From IMG/VR virus record IMGVR_UViG_3300037361_000044, positions 1 to 64,000 of that record: DNA of 64,000 nucleotides. The stretch is one strand, 5' to 3'. Under the pieces are notes generated by a model that made no database searches, was not told the origin of the DNA, and saw only the letters and a list, made by a program, of their open reading frames with translations. Below, one piece after another: positions 26,960-35,707 of the stretch; within the stretch, counting starts at the first letter, position 1; each line of letters begins with the position of its first letter. This DNA is from a virus (lineage: Duplodnaviria; Caudoviricetes). Made by a program: the position numbers and the translations under genes.

Positions 26960-27722
26960 GAAGAGTATGAATCCAGCAGAGGAGTTCCTAGACCATAAGC
27001 AGAAGGTCGCTTCCCGCAAGGCAGAAGACGACTTGAAGCTTTGGAGCGACTGGCACCAGGGCGGGAGAACCCCCGAGCTGCTGGACCCTCTGCTGCGCAG
27101 GTACGAGCCCCTGCTCAACCGCAAGGTGAATGAGTGGCGGGCACCCAATGTGGCGCCCACCGCCTTCAAGGCTGAGCTCACCAGGCACTTCATTCAGGCT
27201 GCCCAGAACTTCGATCCGGAAAGGGGGGTAGCCTTCAATACGCATGTGCAGACCAGGATACGGAAAGCACAGCGCTTCAACTCCAAGTACCAGAACATCG
27301 GGTACATCCCGGAGGACCAGGCAAGGCATATCGGCCCGTTGCGCACAGCGCAGAACGAGCTGACGGACGAGCTGGGACGCGATCCCACTCACGCTGAGCT
27401 TGCCAGCAGGATGGACATGCCCGTGAAGAAGGTGACCACGCTATTGGGCGTGCTCCGTAAGGATGTGCCTTCCTCGCACTACGAGACAGACCCAGCTGCC
27501 TTCTCAACAGGCAGGGAAGCTGACGTAGTTCGTCTCATTCAGCGTAGGCCAGCTGAGTATTTGAACCCAGACGAGGTGGCCGTGTTCAACCATATCTTCG
27601 GAGCGAATGGGGCACGCAAGATCACAGACACCACCGGTATCGCGACGCAGTTAGGATTGAGTCAGCCGAAGGTGTCACGGCTGAAGACGTCAATAGCAGG
27701 CAAGATCAAGAAGCATCTGTAG
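26952..27722 (+). CDS. RNA polymerase sigma factor, sigma-70 family group 3 (FliA/SigB/F/G-like)
   Basis: Region 2 AAQNFDPERGVAFNTHVQTRIR; region 3 ELTDELGRDPTHAELA; region 4 IATQLGLSQPKVSRLK. Confidence 0.9.
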   Translation: MAKKSMNPAEEFLDHKQKVASRKAEDDLKLWSDWHQGGRTPELLDPLLRRYEPLLNRKVNEWRAPNVAPTAFKAELTRHFIQAAQNFDPERGVAFNTHVQTRIRKAQRFNSKYQNIGYIPEDQARHIGPLRTAQNELTDELGRDPTHAELASRMDMPVKKVTTLLGVLRKDVPSSHYETDPAAFSTGREADVVRLIQRRPAEYLNPDEVAVFNHIFGANGARKITDTTGIATQLGLSQPKVSRLKTSIAGKIKKHL

Positions 27723-27749
27723 CCGCGCAAGCGGGATTCTACATCGGAG

Positions 27750-27782
27750 AAAAGGGTGGTGCAGAGATGCTCCGCCCTTTTT
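27750..27782 (+). terminator. Rho-independent terminator
   Basis: AAAAGGGTGG..GCA-GAGA-TGC..CCGCCCTTTTT after the sigma gene. Confidence 0.65.
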
Positions 27783-27797
27783 GCATTGAGGTATCAC

Positions 27798-28964
27798 ATG
27801 TTCGATTACAGTCAGCCAGTAGACGAGAAGACGCAACGAGCTACGCAGCGGGTGCTTGCGCATCTGACCATAGGGGATGCCGAGCAGAAGAAGCTCATCG
27901 ACCACTGCGCCCGCAACATCCCTCGGGATCGCTACGTACCGCCCAGCCAAGTGACTTACAACGTGTTTCAGGGTGCGCTCATGGACATGGCGCCGCTTAC
28001 CGTTGAGTACAACCGTGGTAAGTCGACGGAAGTGCTATCTGTGCACAAGCATGCGATGGGGCAGATTTGTGACATCTGCGGCGTGCCACGCATCTACATG
28101 AACAAGCTCAATGAGAACTCGGAAGGTGGCTGGCGTAGATCGTTGCTGGCATACAACATGAATTACCAGTTCGGGCACCAGTCTTTTGTGAACAAGTTGA
28201 AGAAGCCAGCTGCTTTTCTTCATCGTATCGTAGGCACCGAGCTCAGAGCCGTACTCACGCAGAGTTACAATCGCCACCTTCTTAGCAACGCGGTGCTTCA
28301 GCCGTTTCTAGCCGCATGTACCGAGGTTGGCTTGCAGCCAGCCAAGGCCACGGTCTCGGATATGCGGGTGCACCTGCAGACGTACCTTCCCATTGCCTTC
28401 CAACCCATCCTCGGGGAGTTCGTAGCGTTGGGTACCTGCTGGGGCAACAGCGACTTCGGGCAAGGCAAGCTGAAGATCAGCCACAACATCCTGCGCCTGA
28501 ACGGCGGCGGGAACTTGGTTATGGATGACGCCTTCAGCCGCGTACATCTTGGCTCGGTGGTCACCGACACGGACATGGTGCTCAGCGACGATGTAGCTGT
28601 GAAGGAGCTCGAGGCTATAGCTGCGGCAACTCGGTCGGCAGTGATCGAGGCTATGCGCCCGGAGCGCGTGGAGCGCATTCTTAGCGCGGTGCAGGAGGCG
28701 CACGCCAATGCAGTGCCTTGGTCTGTGCTGAAGAACCAGCTGTCGAAGGCGCTCACCAAGGACGACCTGGCCTCCGTCGAGTCCATGCTCGAGGACAAGA
28801 TTGAGGACCTGCCAGCCCCTGGCACTACCCACGACGGGCAGCCCCTGGCATCCAGGTGGTGGGCAGCTGCAGCCTTGGCGCAGCTGGCAGAAAAGACGGT
28901 GGACCCCAACAAAGCGATGGAGTTGAAGGGTGTAGCTGGTTCATTCTTGAACCCAGGCAAGTAA
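27798..28964 (+). CDS. DUF932-like phage protein
   Basis: HAMGQIC...P..Y; LRAVLTQSY; NSDFGQG.L.I; SRVHLG pattern; GAGGT RBS. Confidence 0.55.
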   Translation: MFDYSQPVDEKTQRATQRVLAHLTIGDAEQKKLIDHCARNIPRDRYVPPSQVTYNVFQGALMDMAPLTVEYNRGKSTEVLSVHKHAMGQICDICGVPRIYMNKLNENSEGGWRRSLLAYNMNYQFGHQSFVNKLKKPAAFLHRIVGTELRAVLTQSYNRHLLSNAVLQPFLAACTEVGLQPAKATVSDMRVHLQTYLPIAFQPILGEFVALGTCWGNSDFGQGKLKISHNILRLNGGGNLVMDDAFSRVHLGSVVTDTDMVLSDDVAVKELEAIAAATRSAVIEAMRPERVERILSAVQEAHANAVPWSVLKNQLSKALTKDDLASVESMLEDKIEDLPAPGTTHDGQPLASRWWAAAALAQLAEKTVDPNKAMELKGVAGSFLNPGK

Positions 28965-28981
28965 AAGGGTAAGGGAAGTAC

Positions 28982-29416
28982 ATGGCAACGTTGAGCAAGC
29001 AAGAACGGCAGGTGTTGTACCTGGCCCGCAGTCTCATCCGGGATCTGGGGCATGACTGGTCCCCATCGGAGACCGGCGTCGAATCCTTCGCAGATGTGTG
29101 CGCCCAGCTCAGCAACATGCTGGATGAGGAGTACGACTACGAGGCAGGTGATGTCACAAAGGAAGCCACCGCGCCCATTGGCCCTCGCACGTACCGCGTA
29201 GCTGCAGGTGTAGTCACCGCTGACTTGGAGAACACACTGAACGCGTTCGCCGAAGCGGGCTACCAGGTAAGCAAGCAGACGCTAATGCAGGATGGAAGCT
29301 GGGTGGTATCTGCATTTGACCCAATGCTGCTTTCGCAGAAGGCGGGCCAGCTGATGGCGAATCAAGTGGCAGACATGATGAACCGGGCTGGCTTGGGGCT
29401 ACCGAAAACCACATGA
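28982..29416 (+). CDS. Hypothetical protein
   Basis: AAGGG RBS; tiled ORF. Confidence 0.6.
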   Translation: MATLSKQERQVLYLARSLIRDLGHDWSPSETGVESFADVCAQLSNMLDEEYDYEAGDVTKEATAPIGPRTYRVAAGVVTADLENTLNAFAEAGYQVSKQTLMQDGSWVVSAFDPMLLSQKAGQLMANQVADMMNRAGLGLPKTT

Positions 29417-29880
29417 GTCGTTGGGTTCCTTTGTACGCGACAACGAACAGCGGTAAAACGCTGTTCGTTTGTCTAATGTGCGGCAGGATTTCGCCGACGC
29501 CAGACAAGACATGCCCTGTGCCGCCCGTGGTACCTGCGTGGAAGATGGCCACTACTTGTGCCGTTCTTGATGAGATCGAAGACGCTGCTTTCACCGCCGG
29601 AGAACGCCATGTGCGCCTGAATGAGCGCATCATGGTGGGCGTAGCAGCGGACGGCACAGTCACCGCCCAGTGGCAATCCGAGTCGGGAAACTGCCACAGA
29701 GCCAACGTGGACATTCGCCAAGAGAAGATGAAGCGGACGGCTAAGGACGGTCCACAGGGTCACCGATTTGAACGCGCACCAGATGGCAACATCAACAACT
29801 GTTCCTTGGCGAACGGTTACACAGAAAACACCTGCCAGATATGTAAGGGGCATTGCCCAGATAGGAATCGATTTCGATGA
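29413..29880 (+). CDS. Cys-rich hypothetical protein
   Basis: CLMC and CQIC motifs; ATGA coupling. Confidence 0.55.
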   Translation: MSRWVPLYATTNSGKTLFVCLMCGRISPTPDKTCPVPPVVPAWKMATTCAVLDEIEDAAFTAGERHVRLNERIMVGVAADGTVTAQWQSESGNCHRANVDIRQEKMKRTAKDGPQGHRFERAPDGNINNCSLANGYTENTCQICKGHCPDRNRFR

Positions 29881-30920
29881 GTACTTTGACGAATAGACCA
29901 GCGCTGACCCCAGAAGCTGAGGAAATCATTGGCTTGTACTTCCCCTGCTTGAATCACGGCTTCGTGGCACTGCTAGACGTGATGGGCAGTGACGCTGAGA
30001 TAGCCACTGCCGCCAGACAGTCCTATGGTGCAGGCACGCATACTGTCAACGAGGACAATGGCCTGTTGCGCTACATGAAGCGGCACAAGCACTCAAGTCC
30101 CTTCGAGATGCTGGAGATGAAGTTCCAGGTACGTCTCCCCATCTTCGTGGCGAGGCAGCTGATTCGTCACCGTACTGCCAACGTCAATGAATACTCGCTA
30201 CGGTACTCGTTGCCATCCATGCAATTCTACGAGCCGCTGTCCGAGCAGATGTGCAGGCAGAGCACGCAGAACAAGCAAGGTCGTAGCGGCCGGCTTGCTA
30301 CGGATACCATTGAGGAGGTGCATACGCAGTGGAAGATGCACAACACCGAGGCTGGCGATATCTATCGGATGCTGGTTGCGCCCGAGGTGGATTTGGCACG
30401 CGAGCTTGCTCGCTTGCACCTGCCGCTATCCCTCTACACGCAATGGACATGGAAGCTGGATCTCAGCAATCTGATGCACTTCCTGTCTCTTCGCAGCGAC
30501 GGCCACGCGCAGTGGGAGATTCAGCAGTACTCCAACTTGAAGGCTGCCATGGTGAAACGAGTAGCTCCGTTGAGTTTTCAGGCGTGGCTGGACTACGAGT
30601 TCCAAGCCCGCACGTTCAGCCGCATGGAGATGGAGATGATGCGAAGGCTCATTGGCACCTCCATTCTGACGGCGGACGGGGACAGCACCCCCACGCATGT
30701 GCAGGTGAATAGCGGCGATATCACGAAGCGGCATGCTGACGAGCTAGGTATGAGTAAGCGGGAGTGGGAGGACTTCATGTCCGCCTTCGACCGCGTCACG
30801 ACCCCCGACAAGTACAGGTCCATGTTCGACGCGCCACAGTTCCAGCTGGACTTGAGCCAAGCCCACCCTGGCTCTTGGTACGAGACGGAGATCGCCAAGT
30901 ACGTCCCCCAGCAAGTATAA
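29877..30920 (+). CDS. thyX: Flavin-dependent thymidylate synthase
   Basis: AARQSY, HSSPFE, ARQLIRHRTANVNEYSLRY (ThyX motif), RELAR..LP, HAQWEI. Confidence 0.96.
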   Translation: MSTLTNRPALTPEAEEIIGLYFPCLNHGFVALLDVMGSDAEIATAARQSYGAGTHTVNEDNGLLRYMKRHKHSSPFEMLEMKFQVRLPIFVARQLIRHRTANVNEYSLRYSLPSMQFYEPLSEQMCRQSTQNKQGRSGRLATDTIEEVHTQWKMHNTEAGDIYRMLVAPEVDLARELARLHLPLSLYTQWTWKLDLSNLMHFLSLRSDGHAQWEIQQYSNLKAAMVKRVAPLSFQAWLDYEFQARTFSRMEMEMMRRLIGTSILTADGDSTPTHVQVNSGDITKRHADELGMSKREWEDFMSAFDRVTTPDKYRSMFDAPQFQLDLSQAHPGSWYETEIAKYVPQQV

Positions 30921-30922
30921 CA

Positions 30923-31279
30923 ATGGGCGAGCCATTCCAAATGCATGAAGAGGTGGCTGTAGCGGGGTATACCTACTACATCCACCTGAATGGCGTTTTC
31001 GTAGCCGTGCAGCGGCACAAGGACTTCGAGCGCAAGACCGCTTACGCCACAGGGATTTGGCAGCCTGTCGGCGGCTACGTGCGTTGGGCAGGCGAGCACG
31101 ATGCCACTTCACCCACCTGTTGGCATGTGGCGGACGCCATAGACAAGAAGCTGCGCAAAGGCACTGGGTGGGCTGGCTTCTCCGGAGGCATGGTGGAAAG
31201 CGCCAGGGACATGCTGCGCACCTTGGCGCAGGCGTGTGGACGAAACAGCGTATTCTTTGAAAGGCTGAGCAGAGGATGA
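30923..31279 (+). CDS. Hypothetical protein
   Basis: Fills the thyX-rnhB gap; ATGA coupling. Confidence 0.55.
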   Translation: MGEPFQMHEEVAVAGYTYYIHLNGVFVAVQRHKDFERKTAYATGIWQPVGGYVRWAGEHDATSPTCWHVADAIDKKLRKGTGWAGFSGGMVESARDMLRTLAQACGRNSVFFERLSRG

Positions 31280-31983
31280 AAACTAGTGCGCAACTGCAAG
31301 CGGAGGGCCTTCGTAAGCTACGAGACCCCACTCTCAAGTACATCATCGGGGTGGACGAGGTAGGCTACGGTGCTTGGGCAGGGCCTGTAGTTGTGTGCGC
31401 GGCCATAGCTGCCGTGGGCTGGTCTCATCCCGAGGTTACTGACTCCAAGGACGTGAAGGAGCCCGTGCGCGAGCGGCTAGTCAAGGAGATCTTGAAGCCG
31501 CCCGTCATACGGGCCTACAGCATCATGGAGCATAGCAACGTGGCGGTAGACAGCATGGGGCTGGCCAAGGCTCGAGACGCGTTGGTGCTGGCTGCCGTCA
31601 AGTACTGTCTGCAGAAGGAACCTACAGCCATGGTGGTGATGGATGGCAACCAGCTGCCCAGGGGGCTGCCATCCAGATCCTTGTGTTTTCCAAAGGCAGA
31701 CGCGTTGGTTCCTGCTGTCAGTGCTGCCAGCATCTTGGCCAAGGTCTACAGGGACAATCTCATGCGGAAGCTGCATGAGGAGTACCCCTGGTACGACTTC
31801 GGGTCGAACGTGGGCTACGGCACTGGGATGCACGAGCAGGGGATCGAGGAGCACGGCCTTTGCGCTGTGCACCGGCGCAGTTACCGCAACATAAAGCAGC
31901 ATGCAGCAAAAGAGGTGCGTATGAAGCGGGCTCTTGCTAGGCTTCTCACATGGCGACCACTGCCGAACGCAACGCACGACTAG
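31276..31983 (+). CDS. rnhB: Ribonuclease HII
   Basis: GVDEVGYGAWAGP, DSK, DG, KAD..AVSAASILAKVYRD, GYGT, HRRSY. Confidence 0.95.
   Translation: MKTSAQLQAEGLRKLRDPTLKYIIGVDEVGYGAWAGPVVVCAAIAAVGWSHPEVTDSKDVKEPVRERLVKEILKPPVIRAYSIMEHSNVAVDSMGLAKARDALVLAAVKYCLQKEPTAMVVMDGNQLPRGLPSRSLCFPKADALVPAVSAASILAKVYRDNLMRKLHEEYPWYDFGSNVGYGTGMHEQGIEEHGLCAVHRRSYRNIKQHAAKEVRMKRALARLLTWRPLPNATHD
31935..31943 (+). promoter_or_regulatory. Extended -10 promoter TGCTAGGCT, leaderless start
   Basis: 6 nt before ATG 31950; heads a run of structural genes. Confidence 0.45.
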
Positions 31984-32165
31984 ACGCGCTGGAGAAAGCC
32001 ACAACTGAGTATGCCGCGCAGCAGACGAAGCAGCTAAATCGGCGCGTAGATGTGTCGAAGAGAATTCTGAAAGGCCGCACCGGGTCAGAACGTTTGGCTC
32101 AGGCGGCAGTTCAACAGTCAAGTGCACTTGTAGTAACCACAATCAATGACTTTCTGACGGGATGA
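31950..32165 (+). CDS. Small helical protein
   Basis: ATGA coupling to the next gene. Confidence 0.55.
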   Translation: MATTAERNARLDALEKATTEYAAQQTKQLNRRVDVSKRILKGRTGSERLAQAAVQQSSALVVTTINDFLTG

Positions 32166-32524
32166 CTATGAACGACTTGGAAGAGACCGGTGTTGAAGCG
32201 GCTGTTGAGCAGCCCGATGTACCTGCCGAGGAGTTGAAGGAGGAAGACCCTCCATGCCTGAACTCCACCGTGGCCGTGAAGCTAGGTGATTTGGAGTTCA
32301 TGGAGTACGAGCGCAACATAGCGCGCGCACGTGAAGCCCAGTTGACCGTACAGATGTACGAGCGTGAGTTGACGCGTGCCAAGGAGGCATTGGCTAAGGT
32401 GGGCCACGCGCACACGCAACACGTAATCCTCATGGCGGCTAAGCATAAAGTCGACTTGAGTGCGATGATGGTGTCCGACGACGGGTTCTTCATGCCAACC
32501 CCGCCTCAGGCCCTTCGGAGATAA
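32162..32524 (+). CDS. Coiled-coil hypothetical protein
   Basis: Tiled ORF. Confidence 0.6.
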   Translation: MTMNDLEETGVEAAVEQPDVPAEELKEEDPPCLNSTVAVKLGDLEFMEYERNIARAREAQLTVQMYERELTRAKEALAKVGHAHTQHVILMAAKHKVDLSAMMVSDDGFFMPTPPQALRR

Positions 32525-32526
32525 CC

Positions 32527-33564
32527 ATGAGCTCAATCGTAGTAAGCCCACTCAGCGCCAACACGACCCCCGCCTTTGAGGTGGTCAACCTGGAGATTCT
32601 CGTGAAGAACGAGGACTTCCTGGGCTTCTTCGATCTCATTGAGGTCTGGAGGTCCCGAGGTAACGCGAGTGGGCCCTACGAGGAGTTGACGGCACCCTCG
32701 TGGCTGCCGGCGCGCCTACCAAAGACGGCGGGAGATGCGCCTACACCTGCCGTCACTGGCCCGACGGTCAACATCGTGGGTAAGACTTTGGAGTTCGTGC
32801 TCAAGGAAAAGGACACGATTCTGGTGTTCTTCTCAGGCACGGACCCCCTGACGTACGCACAGGTGGCAGCTCAGATCACCGCACAGAGCTCAGGGCGTCT
32901 GCGCGCCTATGTGGACGAGGATGTCCAGATGACCGTGGAGACGTTGGAGCCGGGCACTGGCGCGGCTCTGCGGGTCCTTCCGGGCGACGCCGCCTCTCTT
33001 TTAGCCCTGCCTTTGACCGAACCCGAGTCGTTGGTCTTCGGGCGCGACGCCCGCATCCAACTCATCAAGGACCTGAACACCTACCGCTTCAGTGACATCT
33101 CCGGCTCCACAGCCTACTACTACAAGACTCGCTTCCGGAATCGATCCACCAGCGCCGTGAGCGAGTTCAGCTTGCCCTTCGGTGTGGCGCAGTCCCTGGG
33201 AGTCAGCCCCGCCAACCTGGTGTGCGGCTACCTGAACCTGGTCTCTTTGGACGGAAAACCTTTGGTGGGGCGTGAGGTGTCCCTCTGCAGCCCCTTCACG
33301 GGGGAGCTGGTGGAAAACCGCTTGTTGGCAGGCAATCCCCTGATGAAGCGGACTGACCACGAGGGGCATGTGGAGTTCACCCTCGTCCGCGGCCAGAAGT
33401 ACGCACTTGCCATCTCGGGTCTAAACCTGGCAAAGGAACTTGTGGCCCCAACCGACTCAGCCGTTAGCTCCTTCTCGCTTGTCAGCGCTTCTGCTGGGAC
33501 GCAAGATGACTACTTCCGAGTGCGAGAGCCAGAAGTCACAGTCATGGAACGGAGACACATCTAA
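32527..33564 (+). CDS. Putative virion structural protein (beta-sandwich rich)
   Basis: FN3/Ig-like patterns (IEVWRS, YYYKTRF..SEFS, TDHEGHVEFTLVRG). Confidence 0.55.
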   Translation: MSSIVVSPLSANTTPAFEVVNLEILVKNEDFLGFFDLIEVWRSRGNASGPYEELTAPSWLPARLPKTAGDAPTPAVTGPTVNIVGKTLEFVLKEKDTILVFFSGTDPLTYAQVAAQITAQSSGRLRAYVDEDVQMTVETLEPGTGAALRVLPGDAASLLALPLTEPESLVFGRDARIQLIKDLNTYRFSDISGSTAYYYKTRFRNRSTSAVSEFSLPFGVAQSLGVSPANLVCGYLNLVSLDGKPLVGREVSLCSPFTGELVENRLLAGNPLMKRTDHEGHVEFTLVRGQKYALAISGLNLAKELVAPTDSAVSSFSLVSASAGTQDDYFRVREPEVTVMERRHI

Positions 33565-33568
33565 GCCT

Positions 33569-34012
33569 ATGGGGGATCCTTCTTCATTGTTCGGTGGTGA
33601 GAGGCCTGGTCAAGCTTCGGCAGACGACCTAATGGCCCTTCGTCGAGACCTTGGTTTTGACGAAGGCACAGGGGCCCCAATCTTTCCGGCAGGAGAGGTA
33701 GTGTTCGAACCTTTGTCCGTAACGTCAACTTTGATGGGTAATTCAGAGGCTGACGACGAGACGAACGAAGGAGGATCCCCCACCCAACCTCAGATGCACG
33801 TGGAGTACGTGGGCCATGGTGGCAGGAAGATCTTGAAGAAGGTCAACTTCGTGTCGGGCGCATCCGTGCATTACTACTTGAAGCAGACGCACACCACATC
33901 CATCCGCACGCACAATGCGCTGATGGTTGGCGGCAAGAAGGTGCGCATGAATTACGTCCCCAAAGTGGGGGAGCACATCACCCTGCAGCCAGTACGGAGC
34001 GCGCTGTCATGA
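33569..34012 (+). CDS. Protein with acidic N-terminus and C-terminal ubiquitin-like (beta-grasp) domain
   Basis: MHVEYVG..VNFVSGASVHYYLKQ..LMVGGKKVRMNYVPKVGEHITLQP resembles ThiS/MoaD. Confidence 0.45.
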   Translation: MGDPSSLFGGERPGQASADDLMALRRDLGFDEGTGAPIFPAGEVVFEPLSVTSTLMGNSEADDETNEGGSPTQPQMHVEYVGHGGRKILKKVNFVSGASVHYYLKQTHTTSIRTHNALMVGGKKVRMNYVPKVGEHITLQPVRSALS

Positions 34013-34902
34013 ACCTGGAAACCGTCCGCGTACAAGTACTCGACGACACCACGGCGCAGGCCGGCATACCTGGTGTAATCGTACGGTTCTTTGACGCCAC
34101 GAACACCAACATCATTACGCAGGCCACTACGGATGCCGCGGGGGGCGTGGACGTGACGCTGGTTGCACCTGGCGACTACTACGTGCGCTTCTACAAGGAC
34201 AAGGTCGTAATCAAACAGCCGCAATTGCTGCAGGTGCTGCAAGCCCCTCCCGATGGCAACTACTTCCTAGCCAGCGGCCACGTCTATGCACCACCTGAGG
34301 CGCTGAACGCGCGCATGTGCTGCTGCTCTGGCTTCTTTCGAAGGCCTGACAACGCACCAGCGGTGAATCACGACATTCACTTCATCCCCAAGTTCGACCC
34401 GTTGCTGCTTGAGGGCAATGCCATGCTCACGGAGCGCGTGTGCGCTCGTACTGACTCCAGGGGTTACGTACAGGTGGAGCTGGTGCGTTTTGGCCAGTAC
34501 GAGGTGACCGTGGAGGGGCTCGAGGACCAGCAGCGCGTCATTACAATTCCTGACGCACCCAGCGTGAACCTGCCTGACCTTCTCTTCTCTGTGGTGGACC
34601 GCATCGAGTTCGATCCGCCTGGACCCTGGAACATAGGAATTGGGGTTCTGAACGACTTTGTCATCACCCCAACCGTCTACACCTCGGATGGACGCGTACT
34701 GCCTGGCACCGCCATGCAGGACGTGCAGTGGGCGGTCTCTGACCCCTCCGTCGCCGCGGTTCTGCCTGCGGACAAGACCATCGTGCTTCGGGGCATGGCT
34801 CCTGGTTCAACCACCTTGGTGCCCACCCGCTGGGACAACTCGATAGTGAGGATCCCGAATCCACCCATCCAGGACACACCCGTAGCCATCAACGTAAGCT
34901 GA
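34009..34902 (+). CDS. Putative virion structural protein with prealbumin-like and Ig-like (Big_2) domains
   Basis: TTDAAGG, TDSRGY, VQWAVSDPSVAAV..GMAPGSTTL. Confidence 0.6.
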   Translation: MNLETVRVQVLDDTTAQAGIPGVIVRFFDATNTNIITQATTDAAGGVDVTLVAPGDYYVRFYKDKVVIKQPQLLQVLQAPPDGNYFLASGHVYAPPEALNARMCCCSGFFRRPDNAPAVNHDIHFIPKFDPLLLEGNAMLTERVCARTDSRGYVQVELVRFGQYEVTVEGLEDQQRVITIPDAPSVNLPDLLFSVVDRIEFDPPGPWNIGIGVLNDFVITPTVYTSDGRVLPGTAMQDVQWAVSDPSVAAVLPADKTIVLRGMAPGSTTLVPTRWDNSIVRIPNPPIQDTPVAINVS

Positions 34903-35663
34903 TGCCACACGTGGAGCTCCAGCAAGCCCTGTTGGCGGTGTCCACTGGCTCCGTTGCCTTGCGCCACGCCGCGCGAGCACAGGCGTTTACGTCCCAGCTG
35001 GCTGTACCGGACGGCTTTGCCCTTCACGCGGTGCTGGCACCTCTCCAGCAGCTCCAGCAGCTTCTCGGCGGTCCTCAGCAGCCCAGTAGGCCTCGAAGGG
35101 CCCCCATGCCGAGGGCGAAGCGCGCGCCAAGGGCTGTGGCGCGACCTGGTCTACCTAGGCCTGTGGACCTGGGCGGCTTGGACAAGCGCTTGTCCAAGCT
35201 GCTGGACAACCGGATGTCTCGGGGTCGTCCCGATCCCCAGCTGGAGGCCTCCAACTGCCGGGCATTGCTCTTGGAGGTCATACGGCGGGCGGCATACGAC
35301 TGGGTGCTCTACCGCGGCAGCTCGAAGCTACCCAACAGACTCCTGGCGGAATCGGCGTACCAATGGCTCTTCGTTGAGGAGCCTGGTTCGGTGTCTTGGT
35401 GCAACCGCGGCAAGCATGGGAAGGAGCTGACGGCGTTCGCGGCCATCTGCAGTCAGCTGGACATGGATCCTGACAGCGTGCGGTCTACGGTGAGGGCCCT
35501 GACCGAGAGGGACATCATGGGGGCTGGGCGTCCAGCAGAGCGGCGCAGAGGCAAGGCTGGGGATGAGGTGGCTCACGGGGAAGACCTGCGTGTCTTTGAC
35601 GTGGATGTGGACTCGCTGCCGGTCTTCGACTGCATGTTCGCCCCAGAGCCGTTGGGGGGCTAA
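34902..35663 (+). CDS. Hypothetical phage protein
   Basis: TGATG coupling; helical core LLLEVIRRAAYD...AYQWLF...FAAICSQLDMDPDSVR; start uncertain. Confidence 0.55.
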   Translation: MPHVELQQALLAVSTGSVALRHAARAQAFTSQLAVPDGFALHAVLAPLQQLQQLLGGPQQPSRPRRAPMPRAKRAPRAVARPGLPRPVDLGGLDKRLSKLLDNRMSRGRPDPQLEASNCRALLLEVIRRAAYDWVLYRGSSKLPNRLLAESAYQWLFVEEPGSVSWCNRGKHGKELTAFAAICSQLDMDPDSVRSTVRALTERDIMGAGRPAERRRGKAGDEVAHGEDLRVFDVDVDSLPVFDCMFAPEPLGG

Positions 35664-35665
35664 GC

Positions 35666-35688
35666 GAAAGCAGCTTGTGGCTGCTTTC
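35666..35688. terminator. Hairpin/bidirectional terminator between convergent genes
   Basis: GAAAGCAGC-TTGTG-GCTGCTTTC perfect 9 bp stem. Confidence 0.6.
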
Positions 35689-35707
35689 TACTTGCTGCGC
35701 GACCCTG

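Noticed and set aside
34677-35110. Minus-strand gene opposite the start of 34902..35663
   Set aside because: No supported start or RBS; the plus ORF is coupled by TGATG, although its N-terminus is uncertain.
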